DNA of 64,000 bases, taken from NCBI RefSeq assembly GCF_044704955.1, contig NC_091983.1:218736001-218800000 (forward strand), given 5' to 3'. Numbering within the stretch: position 1 is the stretch's first letter; every line of letters starts with the position of its first letter. Source of the DNA: Pristiophorus japonicus (lineage: Eukaryota). Shown here one piece after another: positions 1-12,585 of the stretch. The position numbers were made by a program, and so were the translations under genes. The notes below the pieces were generated by a model. That model made no database searches. It had not been told where the DNA came from and saw only the letters and a list, made by a program, of their open reading frames with translations.

Positions 1-1057
1 GTAAATATGGAAACCAAAACTACATGCAGTATTCCAGGTGTGGCCTCACCAATACCTTATATAGCTGTAGCAAGACTTCCCTGCTTTTATTCTCCATCCC
101 CTTTGCAATAAAGGCCAAGATACCATTGGCCTTCCTGATCACTTGCTGTACCTGCATACTATCCTTTTGTGTTTCATGCACAAGTACCCCCAGGTCCCGC
201 TGTACTGTGGCACTTTGCAATCTTTCTCCATTTAAATAATAACTTGCTCTTTGATTTTTTTTCTGCCAAAGTGCATGACCTCACACTTTCCGACATTATA
301 CTCCATCTGCCAAATTTTTTCCCACTCACTTAGCCTGTCTATGTCCTTCTGCAGATGTTTTGTGTCCTCCTCACATATTGCTTTTCCTCCCATCTTTGTA
401 TTGTCACAAAAATTGGCTACGTTACACTCGATCCTTTCTTCCAAGTCGGTAATATAGATTATAAATAGTTGGGGTCCCAGCACTGATCCATGCGGCACCC
501 CACAGAATAATCCATTTATCCGGACTCTATGTTCTCTATTAGTTAGCCAATCCTCTATCCATGCTAATATATTACCCCCAACCCCGTGAACTTTTATCTT
601 GTGCAGTAACCTTTTATGTGGCACCTTGTCAAATGCCTTCTGGAAGTCCAAATACACCACATCCACTTGTTCCCCTTTATCCATCCTGTTTGTTACATCC
701 TCAAAGAATTCCAGCAAATTTGTCAAACATGATGTCCCCTTCATAAATCCATGCTGACTCTGCCTGACCGAATTTTACTTTTCCAAATGTCCTGCTACTG
801 CTTCTTTAATAATGGACTCCAACATTTTCCCAACGACAGATGTTAGACTAACTGGTCTATAGTTTCCTGCTTTTTGTCTGCCTCCTTTTTTAAATAGGGG
901 CGTTAAATTTGCAGTTTTCCAATCTGCTGGGCCCTCCCCAGAATCCAGGGAATTTTGGTAAATTACCACCAATGCATCCACAATCCCTGCCGCTACTTCT
1001 CTTAAGACCCTGGGATGCAAGCCATCAGGTCCAGGGGATTTATCTGCCTTTAGTCCC
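1..1057 (-). mobile_element. CR1/HER1-type LINE fragment (reverse transcriptase)
   Basis: ORFs 775..1020, 232..744 and 20..220 carry NYRPVSLTS, YLDFQKAFDKVPH, GSVLGP and VRPHLEYC, with frameshifts between them. Confidence 0.92.
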
Positions 1058-1795
1058 TCACTCTGTCCTTAATTATAGATTCCAATAACTGGGACCTTCT
1101 GATCTGAAAGGTGGGTAGTGAGACAGCAGGTCATTAACCGCCAGCCTATCAGTGCATCGGACTTCCCGCTCTCATAACTCTCAATTCGAATTGCCTGCTC
1201 CCATCAGGGTCTTCCTTCAGCTGCGAAGGTGAGATTATTGGTGCTGCTCCGTCTACACGAACAGCGGGCATGCTTTGTTTTGTAGATTACCCAGCAAGTA
1301 AAAGCTCCATAACATACTCGCCTCCCCATTCTTTATCCTTCTCCCTTGGGCAGCCACTTTACTACTATTATTCAGAAGATGATGTATAAATGCAAGTTGT
1401 TGGTGTTAATTGCTACCAGGTGGCACCTGGTAGAATGTGTACATGTGTTTGTGTGCTACACCTGTGAGTGAGCGTGTGTGTAGACACCAGGTAAGGACAA
1501 GATCTGACTTGGTTGTGATGTTTGGCTGCTGTTGCCCACTTTGGTAGCAAAGTGATTTGCCACCCGTGAAATTGTAGCTCAGGAGGAGCCAGTGCCTTCA
1601 GAAAAGGGAATCAGAAAATTGGGCAGCGGAAAACAAGCAGATGCATTTTTGGCATCGTGGAACACATGCAACTGGAGGTAACAGTCAGTCATTCAAGATT
1701 TTACTGGAAGACAGTGACCATTTATCTGTTACATTGAATGCATTTTTGTAGGGAGGTGATTCCTAACTGGATTGCTTTTCATTATTGCATCACAG

Positions 1796-1858
1796 GTGAA
1801 CATGTCTCCTAACCTGTCATCAAAACACGCACCTCTCAACAAGAACATCTATCAACAG
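1796..1858 (+). CDS. TTLL15-like (tubulin-tyrosine ligase-like ATP-grasp enzyme), internal exon A; upstream exons lie before the window
   Basis: Acceptor ttgcatcacag|GTG and donor CAG|gtcagt; 63 nt, phase 0/0. Encodes VNMSPNLSSKHAPLNKNIYQQ, matching the TTL (E)VNxSP motif in its TTLL15-type form NMSPNLSSxH..N..Y.Q. Confidence 0.85.
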
Positions 1859-1919
1859 GTCAGTCGGCAAAATTTGAGAAGTAGAACGACTCTGTTCGGT
1901 TTTTCAGGGGAGATACACT

Positions 1920-4900
1920 GGGCCGTAATGTGTGGCCCCTGCGTGTGCGTACAAGGTGTGCACGCTCCCGTAAGGGCCGCGCAAGTTCCGGGTTTTCTCG
2001 CGCGAAGCGCATGCGCAAAAAAACTGAACTTATGATCTGTCACCTGTCCCTGGGAAAAGGGCATTCACAGGCGGAGAGTTGGGCTATTTGCCCAACTTCT
2101 GCCCAGTGAAGGCTCGTGAAATTCTTACGCCTGGTAATGCCTGCTTTTACAAGAGTTTAAAAAAACATAAAAATAACATTTTATCAATCATTTATACATT
2201 AAAAACCCTCTGCAATAAGCTAAGTTTATTTTTTAGCCCCGTTAAAACATATACATTTTATTTTTCAAAAAATTAAATTTTTGTTTTAAAAATTTAACTA
2301 AATGCCACTTTAATCAATTTTAAATATGTAATGGTGTTGTATATGCTGACTATGGAAGTACTCTATGTGTAGTCACTGTGAGATTGTATAAGATGGAGAC
2401 TTGTTTACCTGATGTATTATTAGTAAGGTTCACACCATGTACATACATGCTGGCACCACTAGAGGGTGCAACTGGTGGAGACTGGGGGTTTCCTGCCCTG
2501 GTGGCAGGGTCCTGTATAAAAGGCTGCGCACCATGCTTGCATAGCACTCTGGAGTTTGGAATATAGGACCAAGGTCACTACGGTTCAAATACAACACATT
2601 GCCTTGTGGAGTCATTCATAAGTACACTATAGACATAACAACTGCCGACGAAAATAAGAACTTTCACATGATTATGGCTAGCTTTGGCACACTAAAAGAC
2701 TTTGCAGAGGGTGATGATTGGGATGCCTTCACAGAAAGTTCGAGCAATATTTCGTGGCAAACGACCTGGCAGGGGACACGGACGCATCGGCGGAGAAACG
2801 CAAGGCTATACTGCTGACCAGTTGTGGGCCCGAGGTCTACCGCCTCGTCAGGGACTTGCTGGCACCCACAAAGGCCAAAGATAAGACATACAACGAGCTG
2901 ACTGAACTAATTCGCGACCAACTTAAACCAAAGGAGAGCATCCTCACGACCAGGCACAGATTCTACACGCATTGTAGACCTGAGGGCCAGGAGATTGCAA
3001 AATATGCTGCCGACCTCAGGAGACTTGCAGCACCGTTTGAGTTTGGCACACCTCAACGAAGCATTGCGAGACATCTTCGTTATAGGAATTGGCCACGAGG
3101 GCCTCCTTCACAAGCTACTATCTGTCGACACCACAGTCAACCTGCAGAAAGCCCATCGGCATCACAGGCATCACTTGCAGCGCCAAGCAAATCATTCAGC
3201 CTGTGGACTCAAACCTGGCAAGTACTGTACACAGAATGATGCCTTTCACAGGCAAGACTGTAGAACATGGCTCTGCCCAGGGCAGAGAGCACAGACCTCA
3301 GGGTTCCAGAATTCAGAGTCCGCCGAGGGGTGCTAATCGAGTAGCACCATGCTGGTGTTGCGGAGAAAACCATAGGGCTCAACCAGTGTCTGTTTGCGGA
3401 GTACGTATGCAAAGCCTGTAATACGAAGGGCCACCTCCAGCGCATGTGTAAAAGAAATACGACTCACCGTGTAGCAGAGGAGTCGGTAGATGACTTTGAA
3501 TCCAGCAGGAAGTATGATGATTTGGCCAGAGAGGCAGCTCAGCCCCAAGAAGAAGTGTATGGAGTGTATACCTACACCACCGATTATCCTCCAGTGAAGA
3601 TGGAAGTCGAGATGAACGGCGTTCCAGTCTTCATGGAAGTGGACACGGGAGTGAGCCAGTCAGTGATGAGCCAGATTGCCTTCGAGAGGCTGTGGACATA
3701 AAACGACCCCAGCTGATTCCAGTGCAGGAAAAGTTCCGCACCTACACCAAGGAGCCGATCCCAGTCCTTGGTAGTGCAGATGTAAGTGTAATCCATAATG
3801 GCCTGATGCATAAGTTATCTCTGTGGATTGTTGCAGGTGATGGTCCAACGCTACTCGGAAGAAGGTGGATGGGGAAGATCCAGTGGAAATGGGAAGATCT
3901 TTTCACTACAACAATCGACGCCCCCCGTGCTCAGAGCAAAACCTCACCTTCGCTTGGGCAAGGCACCAGAGAACAGACCAGCGCAGCACCTGAGGCACAG
4001 ACCGTCCATCACAACTGCGTGGCAATGATACCTTCCCGGCTCCAGTGGCAGGACTCCTGGCGAGGAAGATCGAATTCACAAGTACCTTCCCAGCGTTTGT
4101 GGCAGAATCATGGGAGAGAAGGATCAAGACAGTCGACCTCGAAGACCGAGGCAAGATGGCGTTCTTGTTGCAGCGAGGAGCAGCGTGGTTGAAAAGAAAG
4201 ATGGCCGCGGCAATATCATGAGGTGCAACGCTGTGGGGTATAACAAAGGATCTGATTGGGTTAAAGCCAGCAGGGTTCTCTTAAAGGAGACCTGCAACCA
4301 ACTGAACTTAAAGAGACATTGTATGCATGGCAATCAATGTAACAAACCGATTAAGATTGTGAACAGAATGTTATTGCGAGATGGCGGCACTGTAAAGAAT
4401 AGAATGTTGTTGTGAGATGTTGGTACCAGTCCTAATATAAAGAACCAAATGTTGTTGCGAGATGTCGGCAATAGACTGTCCCCTAGAGCAGCAATCGAGC
4501 GAATTTGGGAGGTCTATCCCACGCTGCAGGCACCCGATGGCACCATTTGCCACGGACCTGTGCCAATACGTGCAGTCGGCCGCCGCTGCCCACCACCCGG
4601 GTGGAGATGGCGCAGCCCCCAGACCCAGTCGCTACCTCGGCCATGTCCGGGAGTGAAAGGTCAGGACCAACGAGTTCCCCAAACGGGACCTGGAACAGCC
4701 AGGTTCCCAACACCATGAGTGAGCAAGCAAAAGACTCTGCAGCCCTCAAAGGAGGACACAGAGGCCACACACATCTGTGGCTCTGCCCACCACTAGGCAA
4801 AGGCAAAGGCCCTGAGCCCTGACTCGGTGAGCGAACCAAGCCCTCCCTGCTAGCAGGGGGCGCAGCACCGCCATCAGATGACTAGGACCCCGTCCGGTTG

Positions 4901-5942
4901 CTCTAGAACTAGCGTCCTCGCATACCTGTACTGCTACCTCAGTAATGACCATGATGAAACCATGAATGCAATCTACCCAATCCTGGCCCGACCGTAAAAC
5001 GTAACGAATGTAAGTCACGGAACCTAGGTGCCACGATGCAAACTGAAAAAATATATTTTCCTCCTTTCTTTGAAATTGCACTGTGTCTGATCCTGTATGT
5101 TAATGGAACGGGCCAGCTGCATGATCTCGCTGTTGGGGTGGGAGGATGGTGGGGGAGGGAAATGAATGTATGTAGCCATGGACACACACACATCGATCAC
5201 ACCCAGAACCCACTGGAACCTCCACCGCATCATTGAACCATCCAATCTGATAACCACTACCCAACGTTGTGGCAAAAGGACTTAGGGGCTAACAGGGAGA
5301 GGGCCAAGCCAAAGCACAGCCAAGGTGCAAGGGCTATTGGGACTTAAGTCTGGGGAGAGCTAAGCCAGAGCACATAGTGCAAAGGTAATTGGCACAAAGG
5401 ACTTGGGGGGAGAGTGATGTTGTATATGCTGACTGTGGATGTGCTCTATGTGTAGTCACTGTGAGATTGTATAAGATGGAGCCTTGTTTATCTGAAGGAC
5501 TATCAATGAGGTTCACACGGTGTACATACATGCTGGCGCCCCTAGAAGGTGCAACTGTTGGAGACCGGGGGTTTCCTGCCCTGGTGGCAGGGTCCTGTAT
5601 AAAAGGCTGCACACCATGCATGCACAGCACTCTGAGTTTGGAATAAAGGACCAAGGTCACTACAGTTCAAGTACAACACATTGCCTTGTGGAGTCATTCA
5701 TAAGTACACTATAGACATAACAATGGGAATTCCCTTCTTTTATTGGTTGGGCTGGCCCACGTGATCCATGGGACGTTTGCGAACCGCATGCGCCTCTGAG
5801 ACGTGGGCCTCTACCTGCGGGTACCCGGAGAGGCCCAGGACCGTGAGTTTCTGTACTTCCCGCACCACCAGGTACGCAGGCATTTTATTTGTAGATCAGA
5901 GACATTTCCCTGCGGGAAGCCTCCAACCGCAAATTCAGAGCC
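1920..5942. mobile_element. Non-autonomous GC-rich DNA transposon (Harbinger-like MITE) interrupted by the LTR element
   Basis: Imperfect termini gggccgtaatgtgtgg ... ccgcaaattcagagcc; halves at 1920-2334 and 5723-5942. Confidence 0.4.
2335..5722 (+). mobile_element. Gypsy (Mag-like) LTR retrotransposon, non-autonomous (gag + protease only)
   Basis: LTRs at 2335-2640 and 5418-5722 (TG...CA), 4-bp TSD ATGG on both sides, PBS-like actgccgacgaa and PPT ggggggagagtga. Gag at 2670-3450 has a double Cys/His knuckle and the protease has VDTG. No RT, RNase H or integrase is present. Confidence 0.92.
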
Positions 5943-5944
5943 AA

Positions 5945-6140
5945 TATCCTGAGTTTGAATTCAGCCCAGTCTGATGGGATGAAAGTCTCCTCTCTGCCTG
6001 ACATTTTTAAGATTCCTGCATGAAGTACATGGTGGTTTCAGTCCAGTTCCTATTGGTTACGATTCCACAATACAAATCTACCTGTAATTCACAAAAAGAG
6101 AAACATCAGTCTCACCCAAGGAAACCACAAAAACACCATT
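5945..6140 (+). mobile_element. tRNA-derived SINE fragment (AmnSINE2-like from memory)
   Basis: B-box-like gagtttgaattcagccc followed by tcagtccagttccta. Related fragments lie near 24280-24340 and 56700-56840. Confidence 0.4.
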
Positions 6141-6167
6141 GTGGGGAATGGAAATGTCACATTAGTG

Positions 6168-7765
6168 CAGTGTTGTCCAATACATTAGTCACAAGCCACA
6201 TGTGGCTAATTGGGAATGTAAATGTGACTAATTATGTTTTGATTAGTAAATAAAAATTGAGTAATTGATGCTGCCATTGGGAATTTTTGATCTCAGTACA
6301 CATATTCTCACAGTGCATGCTTGTGTACTTTAACCCTTTTGTGCATTTGTTAGTAAAATGACAAGATGAAAAGGAGAGTGTGCAAGTGTTATTTGATCGT
6401 TGTTTGTGCTTTACTCCTTGGTTAATGCTTATTGGTTATCTGATAAAATGGAATGTTACACAGGTGAATGAGTGGAAACACCAGCAACATTATATAGAAA
6501 AGGGAGCTGTGATCGTGGTCAGCTCAACCAATCGGAATAACAGCTCCAGGCCAGAAGAAGACAGCAAGTCCAACCTATAATGAGGTGTTCCAACAGGGCA
6601 TGTCATGGCAAAGAGCACGTATCATCCAACCACGTTCTGGATGGAGAACAGGGGCGGGTTGGCAGGTCTCGCTGTCTGAGTCAACATACTCAGCATTCGC
6701 TCCGATGAACATAAGAACATAAGAAATAGGAACAGGAGTAGGCTTATTGGCCCCTCGAGCCTGCTCCGCCATTCAATAAGATCATGGCTGATCTGATCAT
6801 GGACTTAGCTCTACTTCCCCATTCACTCCCCATAACCCCTTATCCCCTTATCGTTTAAGAAACTGTCTATCTCTGTCCTAAATTCATTCAATGTCCCAGC
6901 TTCCACAGCTCTCTGAGGCAGCGAATTCCACAGATTTACAACCCTCTGAGAGAAGAAATTCTTCCTCATCTCTGTTTTAAATGGGCGGCCCCTTATTCTA
7001 AAATCATGCCCTCTAGTTCTAGTCTCCCCAATCAATGGAAACATCCTCTCTGCATCCACCTTGTCAAGCCCCCTCATAATCTTATACGTTTCGATAAGAT
7101 CACCTCTTATTCTTCTGAATTCCAATGAGTAGAGGCCCAACCTACTCAACCTTTCCTCATAAGTCAACCCCCTCATCCCCGGAATCAACCGAGTGAACCT
7201 TCTCTGAACTGCCTCCAAAGCAAGTATATCCTTGAGTAAATATGGAAACCAAAACTGCACGCAGTATTCCAGGTGTGGCCTCACTAATACCCTGTATAAC
7301 TGTAGCAAGACCTCCTTACTTTTATACTCCATTCCCTTTGCAATAAAGGCCAAGATACCATTGGCCTTCCTGATCACTTGCTGCACCTGCTTACTATCCT
7401 TTTGTGTTTCATGCACAAGTACCCCCAAAGTCAAAGTACTGCCTGTAACTATTGGACAAAACCTAGAAGCTGCACTGAGGTGTGCTGTCTGATAAATTCA
7501 TGCCATAATTCCAAACCTTGGTGAACGAGAAAGACTGCAAAGTTTTGCACTGAATGGTAGTAGATGTATGTGAAATAAATATACAGGTGAAGTACATTTA
7601 CCTGTAGTGTATATAAGGCGTTTTCTATTAAAATTAGTGCATGTGGCTAAAAGGGTGTTGCTGTGGTCACGCCTGGCATGGACTTGATGGGCTGAATGGC
7701 TTCCTTCTGTGCTGTAATGACTCTATGACTTTAATAATGACTCTATGTGACTATGGACAACACTG
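6168..7765. mobile_element. Non-autonomous hAT (Charlie/MER3-like) DNA transposon with a nested CR1
   Basis: Perfect TIR CAGTGTTGTCCA/TGGACAACACTG, perfect 8-bp TSD CATTAGTG (6160-6167 and 7766-7773), and subterminal catgtggcta at both ends. Confidence 0.88.
6706..7430 (-). mobile_element. 5'-truncated CR1/HER1 LINE
   Basis: ORF 6823..7434 is an ORF2 C-terminus; the 3' UTR hairpin and (ttcttatg)n tail are present. Confidence 0.93.
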
Positions 7766-7882
7766 CATTAGTGCAATAAGGAGCACTCTTTACATTCTTT
7801 ACGCTGCCTTGACCTGCTTGGGTGTATGGAGAGATGAAGAATTTTAATTCTCTGGAGTGTCCATCCCCAAGGCTCTTAGATT

Positions 7883-8021
7883 AGTACAAAAGCAAAATAC
7901 TGCGGATGCTGGAATCTGAAATAAAAACAGAAAATGCTGGGAGTACTCAGCAGGTCAGGCAGCATCTGTGGAGAGAGAGAAATCGAGTTAACATTTCAGG
8001 TCGATGACCCTTCGCCAGAAC
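7883..8021 (-). mobile_element. Penelope-like terminal repeat with a degenerate hammerhead ribozyme
   Basis: The minus strand reads CTGGCGA-AGGGTC-ATC-GACCT-GAAA-TGTTAAC followed by tgctgcctgacctgctgag. A related copy is at 37339-37486. Confidence 0.65.
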
Positions 8022-8254
8022 AGGGCTCTTAGACTATTAGTGGGTTTTCGTAGTTTGTAACTTCTTCGAATGTAACACCAAGCAGTAAAGATACAGTGTG
8101 ACGAGATTGCAGTGGTGGGACTAATTTTGCTACATGTAGAGAGTTAGCTCCCCAGCGGGCTTAGTTTGTAAAGGTAATGTGCAATGGAACTATACTGACG
8201 AGGAGGTCTCAGCTGAGTGCAGATTTATACCAGGTGCTGTTAATTTTTTTGCAG

Positions 8255-8319
8255 GTTGTATTCAGTACTCTAAACCTCGTGGGTGTCGCCAAGAGGATTG
8301 TGAGGAGCGAGAAAGAGAG
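8255..8319 (+). CDS. TTLL15-like exon B
   Basis: Acceptor tttttttgcag|GTT and donor AG|gtaaag; 65 nt, phase 0/2. Encodes VVFSTLNLVGVAKRIVRSEKE and continues exon A in frame (YQQ|VVF..LVG). Confidence 0.85.
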
Positions 8320-9396
8320 GTAAAGTAGCTGGAGCTCAGCACAAGAACTCTACTGAGGGGTAAGGGATGAGGGTGGGCAGGGACCACAGCTGAAAACAAA
8401 AACCTCCACCCCCGGAATAGGCTTTCTGATTGGGCAATGGTTGCGATACGCTCATTCCAGGTCAGTTTTAATTTAGCTGATTTTTCTGACCCACACGTGA
8501 GGGGATGAGGGATGTGAATTGTAATGTATTTGTTTCAGGGGTTCTTTGCTTAATAGAAATGAGTTGCTATGAACTCTTAAGAACTAGTTGTTTTGTTAAC
8601 AAAGGTTTAACAATCACACTATACATTACCAGTTCATCCACTAGGCTCACAACTGCATACCTCAACTGACTGGGGTTTTGTTGAGTCTTGTGAACCTCAC
8701 GTGACTGGCTAAGCCACTCACAATGCAACAGCTCTTCAAACCTGTGAGCATACTCACAGGTGCATACATTACACTGCTTCCCTTTTTTTTAGAAGCAAGG
8801 TATTTATACAATATTTCAAAGATTCCTTATCATGATTATAATTTTACAAATGTGACTGCTGAGCCGGAGTATCTTGTTGTGAGCGTTTAGCTTCCTCCTG
8901 CTCCGACCTCCATTTCTTTGCAGTTGGCTGGCTATGCCTGTTTTCTACATTCTTATTTGACTCAGGAGACTGTCTTGGGGAATTTCTGTTTTCATGGCGT
9001 GTAGCTCAGGATTCCTGACCTCTCTTCCTGTGTCCTCTTGAGTTTCCTTGGAACCCTTACATCAGTCCTAGTGTTAGCTTTCTTCCTAAGATCTTGATAT
9101 TCCCAATTATCAATACCCTGTCTAGTTGGTTTGCATTTCCATGTTGATCTTCTCAACTGAACCCCAACACCACCTCCCCCCCTCGGAAGATACACAGTCT
9201 CTGCAAGATTGTCCCATACCCGCAGAACCGCCTTCAGTCGGATGCATCTGAGTTGATGGAGATATGGACGTTGTGACCGTTGTGTCCATTAAAGTACTTG
9301 GACCTGCCAACTCACTGATCATCGTCCAAGTTAAGCTCATAATCATCTACTCGTGGTACCGAAGGTGCATCACTCACTAGAAACATTTGATCCACA

Positions 9397-11150
9397 TGAC
9401 TGCTAATGTAGTACCCTTGTTTAAGAAGGGTAAAAGGGATAGGCCGAGTAATTACAGGCCTGACAGCCGAACCTCAGTGGTGGGAAAATTATTGGATAAA
9501 ATCCTGAAAGACAGGATAAATCTGCAAGGATTAATTAGGGACAGTCGGCACAGATTTGTTAAGGGAAGATCGTGTTTGACTAACCTGAATTTTTTGATGA
9601 GCTAACCAGGAGGGTCGATGAGGGTAGTGCGTACGATGTAGTATATATGGACTTTAGCAAAGCTTTTGATAAGGTCCCACATGGTAGACTAGTCATGAAG
9701 GTTAAAGCCCATGGGATACAGGGCAAAGTGGCAAGTTGGATCCAAAATTGGCTTGGAGATAGGAAGCAAAGGGTAATGATTGATGGATGTTTTTGTGACT
9801 GGAAGGATGTTTCCAGTGGGGTTCCGCAGGGCTCAGTACTGGGTCCCTTGCTTTTTGTGGTATATATCAACGATTTAGATTTGAATATAGGGAGTATGAT
9901 TAAGAAGTTTGCAGACGACACTAAAATTGGCTGTGTGGTTGATAATGAAGAGGAAAGTCATGAGCTGCAGGAGGATATCAATCTACTGGTCAGGTGGGCA
10001 GAACAGTGGCAAGTGGAATTTAATTCAGAGAAGTGTGAGGTGATGCACTTTAGGAGGGCTAATAAGGAAAGGGTATACACATTAATTGGTAGGCTACTTA
10101 ATAGTGTAGACGAACAAAGGGACCTTGGAGTGCTTGTCCACAGATCCCTGAAAGTAGCAGGTCAGGTGGATAAGGTGGTTAAGAAGGCATACGGAATGCT
10201 TGCCTTTATTGGCCGAGGCACAGAATATAAGAGCAGGGAGGTTATGCTTAAATTGTATAATACTTTGGTTAGGCCACAGCTGGAGTACTGCGTGCAATTC
10301 TGGTCACCGTATTATAGGAAGGATGTGATTGCACTCGAGAGGATGCAGAGGAGATTTACTAGGATGCTGCCTGGAATGGAGAATCTTAGTTATGAGGACA
10401 GATTGGGTAGGCTGGGTTTGTTCTCTTTGGAACAGAGGAGGTTGAGAGGAGACCTCATTGAGGTGTACAAAATATTGAAGGGCCTGGACATAGTGGATAG
10501 TAAGGGCCTATTTCCATTGGTGGATGGAGTCTATTACGAGGGTGCATAGTTTTAAGGTGGTTGGTGGAAGGTTTAGAGGGAATTTGAGGGGGGGCTTCTT
10601 TACGCAGAGGATTGTGGGGATCTGGAACTCACTGCCTGGAAGAGTGGTGGATGCAGAAACCCTCACCACTTTTAAGAGATGGTTGGATGGGCACTTAAAG
10701 TGCAGTAACCTGCAGGGTTACGGACCTAGAGCTGGTAATTGGGATGACCATTTGTTGGACGGCACAGATATAATGGTAAATACTGCAGGGAATAGAATAC
10801 GGCCAGCGTGATCACCTGAGCTATTTTCGTTCGCCTGGATGGGTCGGAGAGGAATTTTCCCAGATTGTTTCTCCCTAAATTGGCCTGGGTTTTTATCTGG
10901 TTTTTGCCTCTCCCAGGAGATCACATGACTCAAGGGGGGGAGGACTGTAGATGTTTTTAGTATAAGGGATGTCGCAGTTGTGTGGGCGGACTGGTTGGGC
11001 TGGGTGCACTTTGCCTTTCTGTCATTGTTCATAGGTTTATATGCAACCTTCAGGGCTGCTAATCAAGGACTGTGCGGCTCTTTGTCGGCCGGCGCGGACA
11101 CGATGGGCCGAAATGGCCTCCTTCTGCGCTGTAAATTTCTATGTTTCTAT
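9397..11150 (+). mobile_element. CR1 LINE inserted in the Gypsy element
   Basis: ORF 9647..10549 is an RT (MDFSKAFDKVPH, GVPQGSVLGP, KFADDTK); the 3' tail is tttctatgtttctatg. Confidence 0.93.
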
Positions 11151-12255
11151 GAACCTTTCTGATGTATTCACCAATTTTGACCAAGTACTGCTTGGTGCCA
11201 CGTACCCGAATCATAGAAACATAGAAAATAGGTGCAGGAGTAGGCCATTCGGCCCTTCGAGCCTGCACCACCATTCAATAAGATCATGGCTGATCATTCA
11301 CCTCAGTACTCCTTTCCTGCTTTCTCTCCATACCTCTTGATCCCTTTAGCCGTAAGGGCCATATCTAACTCCCTCTTGCATATATCCAATGAACTGGCAT
11401 CAACAACTCTCTGCGGCAGGGAATTCCACAGGTTAAAAACTCTCTGAGTGAAGAAGTTTCTCTTCATCTCATTCCTAAATAGCTTACAGCTTATCTTTAG
11501 ACTATGTTCCCTGGTTCTGGAGTTACCCAACATCGGGAACATTCTTCCTGCATCTGACCTGTCCAGTCCTGTCAGAATTTTACATGTTTCTATGAGATCC
11601 CCTCTCATCCTTCTAAACTCCAGTGAATACAGGCCCAGTCGATCCAGTCTCTCCTCATATGTCAGTCCTGCCATCCCGGGAATCAGTCTGGTGAATCTTC
11701 ACTGCACTCCCTCAATAGCAAGAACGTCCTTCCCAGGAATTCCCTACCACAGAGAGTTGTTGATGCCAGTTCATTGGATATATTCAAGAGGGAGTTAGAT
11801 ATGGCCCTTACGGCTAAAGGGATCAAGAGGTATGGAGAGAAAGCAGGAAAGGAGTACTGAGGTGAATGATCAGCCATGATCTTATTGAATGGTGGTGCAG
11901 GCTCGAAGGGCCGAATGGCCTACTCCTGCACCTATTTTCTATGTTTCTGTGATTCGGGTATGTGGCACCAAGCAGTACTTAGTCAAAATTGGTAAATACA
12001 TCAGAAAGGTTCATAGGAGCATAGAAATTTGCAGCGCAGAAGGAGGCCATTTCGGCCCATCGTGTCCGCGCCGGCCGACAAAGAGCCGCACAGTCCTTGA
12101 TTAGCAGCCCTGAAGGTTGCATATAAACCTATGAACAATGACGGAAAGGCAAAGTGCACCCAGCCCAACCAGTCCGCCCCACACAACTGCGACATCCCTT
12201 ATACTAAAAACATCTACAGTCCTCCCCAACCGGAGCCAGGTGATCTCCTGGGAGA
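10909..12255. repeat. Inverted duplication with arms at about 10909-11427 and 11736-12255
   Basis: The arms are reverse complements (ORF pairs 11059..11274-/11889..12104+ and 10980..11162+/12001..12195-). The second arm is flanked by the 17-bp direct repeat agcaagaacgtccttcc (11717-11733, 12256-12272). Confidence 0.92.
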
Positions 12256-12585
12256 AGCAAGAACGTCCTTCCTCAGATTAGGAGACCAAAACTGAACACA
12301 ATATTCCAGGTGAGGCCTCACTAAGGCAACTGCAGTAAGACCTCCCTGCTCCTATACTCAAATCCCCTAGCTACGAAGGCCAACATACCTTCTTCACCGC
12401 CTGCTGTACCTGCATGCCAACTTTAAATGACTGATGTACCATGACACCCAGGTCTCGTTGCACCTCCCCTTTTCCTAATCTGCCGCCATTCAGATAATAT
12501 TCTGCCTTCGTGTTTTTGCCACCAAAATGGATAACCTCATATTTATCCACATTTTAGTGCATCTGCCACTCATTTGCCCACTCAT
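11210..12585 (-). mobile_element. CR1 LINE inserted in the Gypsy element, itself carrying an inverted duplication
   Basis: ORF 11303..11674 is an ORF2 C-terminus; the element resumes at 12256 after a 520-bp insert. Confidence 0.88.

Noticed and set aside
9647-10549. Reverse transcriptase ORFs as retron, DGR or group II intron systems
   Set aside because: Motifs, 3' tails, 5' truncation and copy number identify them as ordinary CR1 LINEs, and none here is a full-length intact ORF2.
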